Shown here: piece by piece, positions 29,339 to 37,903 of the stretch
How positions within the stretch are numbered: position 1 is the first letter of the stretch
How the letters are laid out: each line of letters starts with the position of its first letter
Source of the DNA: Pseudomonadota bacterium
Lineage (GTDB): Bacteria > Pseudomonadota > Gammaproteobacteria > Burkholderiales > Burkholderiaceae_D
Assembly: GCA_040389625.1 (NCBI GenBank)
Contig: JAZJZQ010000084.1
Location: 31,429 to 95,428 of the forward strand
Length of the DNA stretch: 64,000 nucleotides
Reading direction: 5' to 3'
Notes under the pieces: model-generated
What the model was told of the DNA's origin: nothing
The model's input: the letters and a program-made list of their open reading frames with translations, nothing else
Databases searched by the model: none
Program-made: the position numbers and the translations under genes

Positions 29339-30256
29339 ATGAAAGTCGTATTTCTTGACGCGGGCACCTTGCCCAATCCATTGTCCTTTCCGGCCGACAC
29401 CGTCGACTACGTCGCCTACCCGGCCACCCACGCCACGGAAGTGGGCGAGCGTATCAGCGGAGCTGCCGTGGTCATCACCAATAAGGTGCGCCTGACCGCC
29501 GCGCAGATGCAGGCCGCGCCACAATTGCGCCTGATCGTGGTGGCGGCGGCCGGCACCGACAACATCGACTTGCCCGCCGCCGCTGCACAGGGGATCAATG
29601 TGCATAACGTTCCCGACTACGGATCCGATTCGGTGGCCGAACACGTCATCGCCACGCTGTTTGCCCTGCGGCGTAACTTGATGACCTATGCGGCCGCGGC
29701 GATCGACGGGCGCTGGTCCGCGGCCCCCCAGTTTTGCTGGAACGGTCCGCGTATCCGGGACGTCGGCGGCAGCATGTTCGGCGTCGTTGGCCGGGGCCGT
29801 ATCGGCCAGGCGGCGGCCCGGTTGGCGCAGGGATTGGGGATGAAAGTCGTGTTCGCCCAGACCCCGGGCAAGGCGTGCCGGACCGACGAATTGCCGCTTG
29901 ACGAGCTGATCGGGCGCGCGGACGTGCTGACGCTGCACGTGCCCTTGACCGATGCAACACGGGGATTAATCGATCGCGCCACCTTGGCGCGCATGAAGCC
30001 CGAGGCGGTGCTGATCAACACCGGCAGAGGCGCTTTGGTCGATCCCGTCGCACTGGCTTGGGCGCTGCGCAACGGGGTGATCGCCGGCGCCGCGATCGAT
30101 GTGCTCGAGGTGGAGCCGCCGCCGCCGGATCACCCGCTGCTGGCGGGCGACATCCCGGGGCTGTTGTGCACGCCGCACGTGGCATGGGCCAGCGAGCGCG
30201 CGCAAGCCCGGCTGGCGGCGACCATTATGCAACTGGTCCAGCACGAGCTGCGGTGA
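29339..30256 (+). CDS. D-2-hydroxyacid dehydrogenase, glycerate dehydrogenase/hydroxypyruvate reductase type
   Basis: VITNKV, GTDNID, SVAEH, W..APQFC, GRGRIG, INTGRG and TPHVAWAS, typical of HprA-like enzymes. Confidence 0.85.
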   Translation: MKVVFLDAGTLPNPLSFPADTVDYVAYPATHATEVGERISGAAVVITNKVRLTAAQMQAAPQLRLIVVAAAGTDNIDLPAAAAQGINVHNVPDYGSDSVAEHVIATLFALRRNLMTYAAAAIDGRWSAAPQFCWNGPRIRDVGGSMFGVVGRGRIGQAAARLAQGLGMKVVFAQTPGKACRTDELPLDELIGRADVLTLHVPLTDATRGLIDRATLARMKPEAVLINTGRGALVDPVALAWALRNGVIAGAAIDVLEVEPPPPDHPLLAGDIPGLLCTPHVAWASERAQARLAATIMQLVQHELR

Positions 30257-30276
30257 GTGGCGCGATGGAGGATGCG

Positions 30277-31470
30277 ATGACCAATGCGATGTGCCCCGAC
30301 CGGCAACGGGGCGCCGGACCGCTGCGTGTGCTGGTCGCACCGGACTCGTTCAAAGGCAGCCTGGGGGCGGTGGAGGTCGCCGCACGGATCGCGGCGGGGG
30401 TGCGCAGCGCCGTGCCCGACAGTATCGTGACCGAAGCGCCCATGGCCGATGGTGGCGAGGGCACCGCGCTGGCCGTCGCCACGGCATTGGACGGCGTCTG
30501 GGACACGGTCGCGGCCATTGATGCCAACGGCGTGTTGATCGACGTGCCGTTCGCCGTCTGCAGCAGTGCTCACCTGGGCGCGTTCGCCATTTTTGATGTG
30601 GCCGAGATCGTGGGATTGCATGCGGCCACCAATCCGCCCGGGCTGCGTTCCACCCGCGGCGTAGGTCAGGCCATCCGCGCGATACGGAGCCTGGGGCACA
30701 AGCGCATCGTGCTGGGACTGGGCGGCTCGTCCACCAACGATGGCGGCGCGGGCATGCTGGCCGAGCTGCTTTTCAATTTTGTCGACACGGCCGGGGCGCG
30801 CGTCGTGCCGGTCTTTAACAACCTGGCACGCATCGACGCGGTTGAATTCCGGGATGACAGGCATTGGCTGTCCGAGCTCGAGTTGATGGGATTGACGGAC
30901 GTAGGCAGTCCACTGACCGGTCCGTGCGGGGCCAGCATGGTGTTTGGCGCCCAGAAGGGTTTTGCCGACCTCGAGCAGGCGGACCGGCTGCTGCAGGGGC
31001 TGGCGCAGCGCTGCGACGCGCTCGTCGCCACCCCATGCGCCGACGTCGAGGGGGCGGGTGCTGCCGGCGGCTTGGGATACGGCATATGCCTGCTGGGCGG
31101 AAAATTGTCGTCTGGTGCGCGCTTTGTGCTGGACGCGCTCCACCTGACCGATGGCAACGTCAACTACGACTGGATCATCACCGGCGAGGGGCGTTCGGAC
31201 CGGCAGACGCTGTTGGGCAAGGCGCCCGCGCTGGTCGCGCAGCTGGCAAGAAGCGCCAAGATTCCCGTGACCTTGCTGTCGGGCGCGGTCGATTATGACG
31301 CCGCGCTGGAAGAAGCGTTCGATGGTTGCTTTTCCGTGCAATCGGGCCCTGTGACGCTGGAGTATGCGATGAACCATGCCGCTCCCTTGCTGGAAGCGGC
31401 GAGCCGGCAACTGAGCACACTGTTCGTGCGGACCGGTCTGCGCCAGTGGAGCGACGGGGCCGCGCATTAA
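30277..31470 (+). CDS. glxK: Glycerate kinase (GlxK/GarK family)
   Basis: APDSFKGSL, MADGGEGT, GLGGSSTNDGGAG, FGAQKG, GAGAAGG and TGEGR motifs. Confidence 0.9.
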   Translation: MTNAMCPDRQRGAGPLRVLVAPDSFKGSLGAVEVAARIAAGVRSAVPDSIVTEAPMADGGEGTALAVATALDGVWDTVAAIDANGVLIDVPFAVCSSAHLGAFAIFDVAEIVGLHAATNPPGLRSTRGVGQAIRAIRSLGHKRIVLGLGGSSTNDGGAGMLAELLFNFVDTAGARVVPVFNNLARIDAVEFRDDRHWLSELELMGLTDVGSPLTGPCGASMVFGAQKGFADLEQADRLLQGLAQRCDALVATPCADVEGAGAAGGLGYGICLLGGKLSSGARFVLDALHLTDGNVNYDWIITGEGRSDRQTLLGKAPALVAQLARSAKIPVTLLSGAVDYDAALEEAFDGCFSVQSGPVTLEYAMNHAAPLLEAASRQLSTLFVRTGLRQWSDGAAH

Positions 31471-31540
31471 CACAAAAAGATCATGCACCTGCATGTTTGG
31501 CACTGTTGATAACTGCTATAGACACTAAAAGGAGACTAAT

Positions 31541-32059
31541 ATGTCTGAACCCTGTTTTAATGCCGGCCGTCGCGCCACCCTGGAAACCTTAGGCCTGGGC
31601 GTGGCCACGCTGGCCGCGGTGGGTATCGTCGGTCCGGCGCGGGCCGACGATACGGCCCCGTCATCGCACGGCGCCGTGGTGCTTGACCGCCTGGACCACG
31701 TCGTGCTCACCGTCGCGGACATCGACAAGACTTGCGAATTCTATGCGCGCGCCGTGGGCATGCAGATCCAGACTTTTGGCGCCGGACGGAAAGCGCTGGT
31801 ATTTGGCAGGCAGAAATTCAATCTGCATCAGTTAGGGCATGAGTTCAACCCCAAGGCCAGGCGGCCCACCCCTGGCGCCATCGACCTGTGCCTGATTGCC
31901 GTGACGCCGGTGGAGGCGGTCATCACCCACCTGAAATCCGTTGGTGTGGCGATAGAAGAGGGACCGGTGATGCGCACCGGTGCGATGGGGCCAATCAAAT
32001 CGGTCTATTTCCGCGATCCGGATGACAATCTGATTGAGATTTCCAATTACGTGTCCTGA
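31541..32059 (+). CDS. VOC/glyoxalase protein with twin-arginine (Tat) signal
   Basis: GRRATL, hydrophobic stretch and ARA cleavage site; mature domain paralogous to 27542-27928. Confidence 0.85.
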   Translation: MSEPCFNAGRRATLETLGLGVATLAAVGIVGPARADDTAPSSHGAVVLDRLDHVVLTVADIDKTCEFYARAVGMQIQTFGAGRKALVFGRQKFNLHQLGHEFNPKARRPTPGAIDLCLIAVTPVEAVITHLKSVGVAIEEGPVMRTGAMGPIKSVYFRDPDDNLIEISNYVS

Positions 32060-32207
32060 CGCACCAGTGAGTTGGCGCGCCGGGCAGCCTGGCCGGTGCC
32101 CGGCGGTTCGAACGACGGACCGCCGGCGCCGTCAGGCCAGGTACGCCGGCTGCGGCAACCGCCAGGTCCGGCTTGGCGCGCCTGTGGCGATGCGGGTGGC
32201 GTGTATT

Positions 32208-32597
32208 TCAGATGGGCGGGGCCGGCGCGTCGACCAGGCGTTCCGGATCGAGCGCGCGGATGCGCTGTTCGACATAGTAACCGCCAGCTTCCGTATAGCG
32301 CAGGTATGTCCGTCCGCATATTGCGCATTCCACCACCGCACATCGGTTGTAAGGAAAATACCGTGGCGCGATAGGCGCCAGGGTGGACCAGTATTCCGTG
32401 GCCGACGGATGATACTCCGTGTAAGTCGGTTCGGCGTACGGATCGTCCATCAGGGTGCCGATCTGGCGCAGTTGCGATTCGGGAAACGCGGGCGGCACCC
32501 GTTCCCAGCCGGCGAACGGGCAGGCGGCGCAGCCGCACGGTTGCGTGACCGTCGCTGAACGGCGTGCCAGCGCCATGAGCGTATCGAATGTGAGCAT
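32208..32597 (-). CDS. Hypothetical Cys-rich protein (possible metal-binding)
   Basis: CGCAAC, YHPSATEYW, APIAPRYFPYNRC, CAICGR and LRYTEAGGYYVE; protein-like composition; start uncertain. Confidence 0.65.
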   Translation of the reverse strand: MLTFDTLMALARRSATVTQPCGCAACPFAGWERVPPAFPESQLRQIGTLMDDPYAEPTYTEYHPSATEYWSTLAPIAPRYFPYNRCAVVECAICGRTYLRYTEAGGYYVEQRIRALDPERLVDAPAPPI

Positions 32598-32897
32598 AGG
32601 GTTCAATGAGTCGGTGCGATGCAGACCGAATGGGGCACGGCCCGATGGCCGAACAGGAACAGTGTCCTCTAATTTGCCTGGTATATCAAACATCGAATAC
32701 TGAATGTTACATCAATAAAACTGAACCTGGTGGGATGGCTGTCGCGGTAAAGCACCGTCGCGATGTCGCTTGTATGCCGATGGCGCAGGCCGGTGATCGG
32801 CGCGCGGACAGGCGCATTGCGGGGCGATAGACTTGCCTTCCCATCGCTAAATCGAATTAAATGGCTGGATAGAACATAATTCGATAGCGGAGTAGGA

Positions 32898-33824
32898 ATG
32901 CGATTCAATAAACTCGATCTCAATTTGCTCGTTGGCCTGGATGCGCTGTTGGCCGAGCGCAGTATCACCCGGGCCGCCCGGCACTTGAATCTGAGTCAGT
33001 CGGCCACCAGCGGCATGCTGGCCAGGCTGCGCGACTATTTCGGCGATGAGCTGCTGACCCAGGTCGGCCGCAATATGCTGCTGACACCGCTCGGGGAAAA
33101 CCTGGCCGATCCGGTCCGCAACATCCTGCTGCAAATCCAGTCGACGGTGGAAACCCGGGTGGCCTTCGATCCGATCGAGTCGCGGCGGCACTTCCGCCTG
33201 GTCGCTTCCGATTACCCGATTTCGGTCCTGCTGGCCGAAGTGACCAGGCAACTGAGCCTGCAAGCGCCCAGGATCACCATGGAGATCCTCGCGCCCGACG
33301 ACGCGCCACACCTGCAACTGGACCGGGGCGATGTCGACCTGCTGTTTATGCCGGAAAAATTCATCCAGGGCGAACATCCCAGCGAGGCGCTGTTCGCCGA
33401 CAGCTATAGCTGCGTGGTCTGGACCGGCAATACCTTGGTGCAGGAGGTCATGTCACGCGAACAGTATCTGTCGCTCGGCCACGTCGCCACACTGTGGGGC
33501 AAACGGCAGCAGCCCAGCATGGAAGAGTGGTTCCTGCAGAATGCCGGGCTGATGCGCCATATCGAGGTCTCGGTAGGCAACTTCAACGCATTGCCGCACC
33601 TGCTGATCGGCACCAACCGTATCGCGACGATGCACACCAGGATGGCGCGCATGTTCGCCCAATACTACCCGTTGCGGCTCTTGCCGCCGCCGATAGACAT
33701 GCCGGCCGTCGTCATGAAAATGCAATGGCATAAATATCTCGACCAGGATCCGGCCCATCGCTGGTTCCGCCAGCTGGTGGCCCGCATCGCCATGCCTGAG
33801 CGCCAGCGCGGCGGCGATAATTAA
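32898..33824 (+). CDS. NodD-like LysR-family regulator
   Basis: MRFNKLDLNLLV...LARLRDYFGDELL, RHFRLVASDY, IGTNRIATMHTR and QWH...DPAHRW are NodD-subfamily hallmarks. Confidence 0.9.
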   Translation: MRFNKLDLNLLVGLDALLAERSITRAARHLNLSQSATSGMLARLRDYFGDELLTQVGRNMLLTPLGENLADPVRNILLQIQSTVETRVAFDPIESRRHFRLVASDYPISVLLAEVTRQLSLQAPRITMEILAPDDAPHLQLDRGDVDLLFMPEKFIQGEHPSEALFADSYSCVVWTGNTLVQEVMSREQYLSLGHVATLWGKRQQPSMEEWFLQNAGLMRHIEVSVGNFNALPHLLIGTNRIATMHTRMARMFAQYYPLRLLPPPIDMPAVVMKMQWHKYLDQDPAHRWFRQLVARIAMPERQRGGDN

Positions 33825-33825
33825 G

Positions 33826-33873
33826 TATCGCCGCTGGCGATACATCACATCGATATAACAGACTTCCCAATTA
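33826..33873 (+). promoter_or_regulatory. nod-box-like LysR operator upstream of the cytochrome b561 operon
   Basis: T-ATC-GCCGCTGGC-GAT-ACATCAC-ATC-GATATAACA-GAC-TTCCCAAT, i.e. ATC-N9-GAT-N7-ATC-N9-GAC. Confidence 0.65.
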
Positions 33874-33930
33874 ATAGCCTCGAAGCTACTCTGCTCGACC
33901 AGGAACCCTGATCTGAGAAGGAGCCGTTTC

Positions 33931-34521
33931 ATGGCCGCACCACACCCCGCATTCACCACGCCACGGCGTCCCGCGCTCGTCATCGCGCTGCATTGGTTGA
34001 CGCTGGCGGCGCTGCTGCTGGGTGTCGTCTTGATATTGGTACGCGATGGCGTCGACGGCCGCATACTGCGCGGCTGGTTGCTGGAAGGGCACCGGCACCT
34101 GGGCTTGCTGGTGCTGGGCTTGTTGCTGGCCCGCCTGGCGGTACGGCTGCTGCGCCATCGGCTGGCGGCGATCGGCGCCCATTCCCTGGCGGCGCGCGCC
34201 GCCGCCGCCGCCGTGCACGTGGCGCTCTATCTGCTGCTCGCGGCCGTTCCCATGCTCGGCTGGACCTTGAGTAACGCGCATGGACAGGAGCCCCATTTCC
34301 TCGGTCTGCCACTGCCGACACTGGTGGCTGCGGACGACGACCTGGCCGATACCCTGCAACTATGGCACGCCCGTGCCGCATGGACCCTGTTGATCCTGGG
34401 GCTGGTGCACGCTTTGGCTGCGCTCTGGCACCACTTCATCCGTCGCGACGCCGTGCTGGCCGCGATGCTGCCGTTCCGGCGGAATAGCGCCATCTCCGCC
34501 GAGGACAGTCTGGCGCCCTGA
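33931..34521 (+). CDS. Cytochrome b561 (CybB/YceJ-like di-heme inner-membrane protein)
   Basis: Four TM helices with His ligands (LHWL, GHRHLG, LWHA, LVHALAALWHH); AAGGAG RBS. Confidence 0.9.
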   Translation: MAAPHPAFTTPRRPALVIALHWLTLAALLLGVVLILVRDGVDGRILRGWLLEGHRHLGLLVLGLLLARLAVRLLRHRLAAIGAHSLAARAAAAAVHVALYLLLAAVPMLGWTLSNAHGQEPHFLGLPLPTLVAADDDLADTLQLWHARAAWTLLILGLVHALAALWHHFIRRDAVLAAMLPFRRNSAISAEDSLAP

Positions 34522-34571
34522 CCGGGGGCGTTGTTCGCAATACCATTCATAATCACTTATAGGGGACTTGC

Positions 34572-35939
34572 ATGACTTTGATGTTACGCGTGATACGCCG
34601 CGCCTCGGCGTTGACCGGACTGGCGCTGGCGCTGTTGAATTGCGGCCCGGCGCAAGCCTTGCCCAGCTTCGCCCGGCAGACCGGCTCCGAATGTGCGGCC
34701 TGCCACATCGGTGCCTACGGCCCGCACCTGACCGCCTTCGGCCAGCTGTTCAAGATGGCCGGCTACACCGACACCGGAGGCGATCAGGGCGCAGGCTCGG
34801 TCCCGCTGTCCGCGCGTCTGCGCATCAACAACATCAATCCGGTGCAGGGCGGTTCCGATACCCGCGTCGACGAGGCCGACGTTTATCTGGCCGGCCGTCT
34901 GATGAACAATGTCGGCGCCCTGGTCGACGTGCGCCGCGACGACGCGGGCAACGGGAGCGTCAACACCTACCTGCGCAATCTGGACCTGCGCTACGTGCGC
35001 GAGCTGAAGCTGGGGGACAAGGACGCGTTGCTCGGCCTGACGCTCAATAACAATCCCGGCATCCAGGACCCGATCGACGCCAATATGGCCTGGGGTTTCC
35101 CCGCGATCGCCACGGACGGCAGCCTGTTCAACCCTACCCCCGGCAGCGGGCAGTTGCCCGGCCGCGTGTTGGGCTTGACCGCCTATACCTATGTGGACAA
35201 GACCTGGTATGCGGAGGCAGGCGCTTACCGTACCATGTCGCGCAGCCTGCAGGACCGGCTGCGGCTGGACCCGACCGCGCAAGATCCGGGCGCCATGGAC
35301 GGCATCGCGCCTTACTGGCGTCTCGCCTATATCCATGATTTCAAGAGCCAGGCGGTGTCGCTGGGCTGGTACGGCATGACGGCGGACAAGCACCTGTCCG
35401 TACTGAGCGCACCGGGCGCGCCGCGCGTGACCGAGCGCAGCGGTCCGGCCGACCACTACCGCGATGTCGGCCTCGACGCCAGCTACCTGTATCGTGGCGA
35501 CCGCAGCAACACCTGGCAGCTGCGCGCCAACTTCGTCGAAGAGCGGCGCGACTATGGCAGCACACCGGTGGTGTTCGGCCGCACCGCCGGCGGCAGCGGC
35601 AAGGTGCGCGAGGCGACCTTCATGGCGACCTACAGCTTCAATGAAACCTGGTCGGCCAGTGCGGCGCGCCTGCGTTCGCGCACCAGCGAGGACCCGGTGC
35701 GCTACCTGAACGGCACGGCCGACAGCGACCTCAAATATTACGAATTGGCGTGGGTACCGTTCGGCAAGGAGGATTCGTGGGGCGCGCCATGGGCCAACCT
35801 GCGCATACTGGCCGCCTGGCTCAAGTTCGACAAGTTCAATGGCGCGTCCAACGATATCTTCGGGTCGCGCTTCGGTGGTCCGCTGGTCAATGCCAACGAT
35901 CTGAGTTCGCTGCAGATCTCGGCCTCGCTGACATTCTGA
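34572..35939 (+). CDS. cyc2: Cyc2-like outer-membrane monoheme cytochrome c-porin fusion
   Basis: Signal peptide (AQA), then LPSFARQTGSECAACH..GPHLTAFGQLFKMAGY (Cyc2 N-terminal motif); amphipathic beta-strands; C-terminal Phe. Confidence 0.8.
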   Translation: MTLMLRVIRRASALTGLALALLNCGPAQALPSFARQTGSECAACHIGAYGPHLTAFGQLFKMAGYTDTGGDQGAGSVPLSARLRINNINPVQGGSDTRVDEADVYLAGRLMNNVGALVDVRRDDAGNGSVNTYLRNLDLRYVRELKLGDKDALLGLTLNNNPGIQDPIDANMAWGFPAIATDGSLFNPTPGSGQLPGRVLGLTAYTYVDKTWYAEAGAYRTMSRSLQDRLRLDPTAQDPGAMDGIAPYWRLAYIHDFKSQAVSLGWYGMTADKHLSVLSAPGAPRVTERSGPADHYRDVGLDASYLYRGDRSNTWQLRANFVEERRDYGSTPVVFGRTAGGSGKVREATFMATYSFNETWSASAARLRSRTSEDPVRYLNGTADSDLKYYELAWVPFGKEDSWGAPWANLRILAAWLKFDKFNGASNDIFGSRFGGPLVNANDLSSLQISASLTF

Positions 35940-35956
35940 TGTGCAAGGAGAGGGCG

Positions 35957-36331
35957 ATGAAGAAGTGGTTCTGCCTGGCCGGCATGTTGCTGGCCGCAGC
36001 GGGCGCGCCGGCGCTGGCGGCCGGCGATGCCAGGGTGGGCGCGAAAGTGTTTTCCGCCGAATGTTCCGAGTGTCATAGCGTGAAGGAAGGACGCAACAAG
36101 AAGGGACCGTCGCTGTTCGCGCTGCTGGGGCGCAAGGCCGGCACCGTGCCGGAGGTCGATTACTCGGAGCCGCTGCGCAAGTCGGGCTGGGTATGGAATG
36201 AGGAGACCTTGCGCCGCTATCTCGGCAAGGCCACCAAGGAGACCAATCCCGGCAGCAAGATGAAGTATGACGGCCTGCGCGACGCCCAGGCGCTCGAGGA
36301 TCTGCTGGCGTATTTCAACACCGTCAAATAG
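35957..36331 (+). CDS. Periplasmic class I cytochrome c (c2-like)
   Basis: Signal peptide, CSECH, NKKGPSL, GRKAG and distal Met in PGSKM. Confidence 0.93.
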   Translation: MKKWFCLAGMLLAAAGAPALAAGDARVGAKVFSAECSECHSVKEGRNKKGPSLFALLGRKAGTVPEVDYSEPLRKSGWVWNEETLRRYLGKATKETNPGSKMKYDGLRDAQALEDLLAYFNTVK

Positions 36332-36367
36332 CGCCGGCGCGGCGGCGCCTGCGGTCTCGTCAAGGCG

Positions 36368-36408
36368 AAAGCCGGGGTCGGCCCACTTGGGCCTGGCGCC
36401 GGCTTTTT
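36368..36408 (+). terminator. Probable intrinsic terminator of the cytochrome operon
   Basis: AAAGCCGG...GGCCC-ACTT-GGGCC...CCGGC followed by TTTTT. Confidence 0.55.
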
Positions 36409-36576
36409 GCCGTGGGGCGGGCCCGCCGACCCGCGCCATGGCCGCCACCGTGGTCACGCCGGCTTGCCGCTGGCGCTCCTACAGGAAATTGGGGATTTCC
36501 TGACAGCGTGCGCCCGGCATGCCGTGATAAATTTCCCTACGGCAATTTCGCCGTCGATCAATCACCAGGAGTATCT

Positions 36577-37755
36577 ATGCAACGAACGACCGTGCTGTGC
36601 AAACTGAAACACCTGGCGCTGGCCGCCAGCCTGTGCTGGATGGCTGCCGCCCATGCCACCGACGTCACCACCGAGAGCGCGCCCGCCGACGGCTGGGCCG
36701 GCGCGTCAGGATCGACCAGCGGCGGCGCGGCGGCGGTGTCATCGCGCATCTACCTGGTGAGCTCACCGTCGCAATTGCTGGCGGCGATACGCGCGGCGGG
36801 CAGCTATCCCAAGATCATCAAGGTGGCCGGCACCATCGACATGACCGCCGCCGACAACGGTGGCCCGTTCACCAGCGAGACCGACCAGAACACGCGCAAC
36901 CGCATCACACTGAAGAGCAACACCACGCTGATCGGCCTGGGCCACGACGCCACGCTGCTCAACGCGGCGGTGCTGATCAAGAAGATCGACAACGTCATCG
37001 TGCGCAACCTGAATATCGTCAACCCCTGCGACATCGCGCCGGTATGGGATCCCACCGACGGCGCCAGCGGCAACTGGAATTCCCAGTACGACGGCATCGT
37101 GATCGACCAGTCCACCCACGTGTGGATCGACCACAACAGCTTCACCGATGCGCCGCAGACCGACGACCTGGCGCCGATCGAGAACGGCAAGCTCAAACAA
37201 TGCCATGACGGCGCGCTGGACATCAAGAACGCGGCCGACTTCGTCACCGTGTCCTACAACGTCTTCGACCAGCACGACAAGAACAACCTGGTCGGCTCTT
37301 CGGACAGCACCACCACGGACGACGGCCACCTGCGCGTGACCTTCCACCACAACCTGTTCTCGCGCATCGTGCAGCGCGCGCCGCGGGTGCGCTTCGGCAT
37401 GGTCCACGTGTACAACAACTACTATGCCGGCGACACCAGCGATCCGGTGTACGGCCATGAATACAGCCTGGGCGTGGGCTACATGGCCAAGATCATCTCG
37501 GAGAACAACGCCTTCGACATCGTGGGCGTTTCCTCGTGCGCCAAGATCGCGCTCAATCCGGGCTCCTACAGCAGGCCTGGCGCGATCACCGACGCCGGCT
37601 CGCTGTTGAACGGGGCGCCGCTGGCGTTGGCCACCGCCTGCGCGCTGCAAGCGAACGTCGGCTGGAGCGTGCCTTACCCGTACGTGCTGACGCCGGCGGA
37701 CGCGGTCAAGGACGCGGTGCAGGGCGCGGCCGGCGCCGGCAAGCTGGCCTTGTAA
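36577..37755 (+). CDS. Secreted pectate lyase (PL1)
   Basis: Signal peptide; SNTTLIG, NVIVRNL, VWIDHNSF, HDGALD, QRAPRVRFG and HVYNNYY motifs. Confidence 0.93.
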   Translation: MQRTTVLCKLKHLALAASLCWMAAAHATDVTTESAPADGWAGASGSTSGGAAAVSSRIYLVSSPSQLLAAIRAAGSYPKIIKVAGTIDMTAADNGGPFTSETDQNTRNRITLKSNTTLIGLGHDATLLNAAVLIKKIDNVIVRNLNIVNPCDIAPVWDPTDGASGNWNSQYDGIVIDQSTHVWIDHNSFTDAPQTDDLAPIENGKLKQCHDGALDIKNAADFVTVSYNVFDQHDKNNLVGSSDSTTTDDGHLRVTFHHNLFSRIVQRAPRVRFGMVHVYNNYYAGDTSDPVYGHEYSLGVGYMAKIISENNAFDIVGVSSCAKIALNPGSYSRPGAITDAGSLLNGAPLALATACALQANVGWSVPYPYVLTPADAVKDAVQGAAGAGKLAL

Positions 37756-37802
37756 CGCCGCGCCGACATGACGTGAGCGGGCCGGGCCTGCTCGTCGCGG
37801 AC

Positions 37803-37870
37803 ATAGCAAATTCAGCATAGCTGCTTTCCCCGCCGCGGCCTTACCCGGCCCCGGCGCCTCCCCTAAGATG
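37803..37870 (+). promoter_or_regulatory. Candidate LysR-controlled promoter shared with 41321-41388
   Basis: AGCTGCT...CGCCGCG...GGCGCC...CTAAG spans an identical 49 nt upstream of both the DapA-like and OCD-like genes. Confidence 0.4.
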
Positions 37871-37903
37871 GGTTGCTTGGAACAACTCACAATCGGAGGC
37901 CAG

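Noticed and set aside
32898-33824. Nodulation/symbiosis island suggested by NodD-like genes and nod boxes
   Set aside because: No nodABC or nif genes in the window; the targets are catabolic and redox genes
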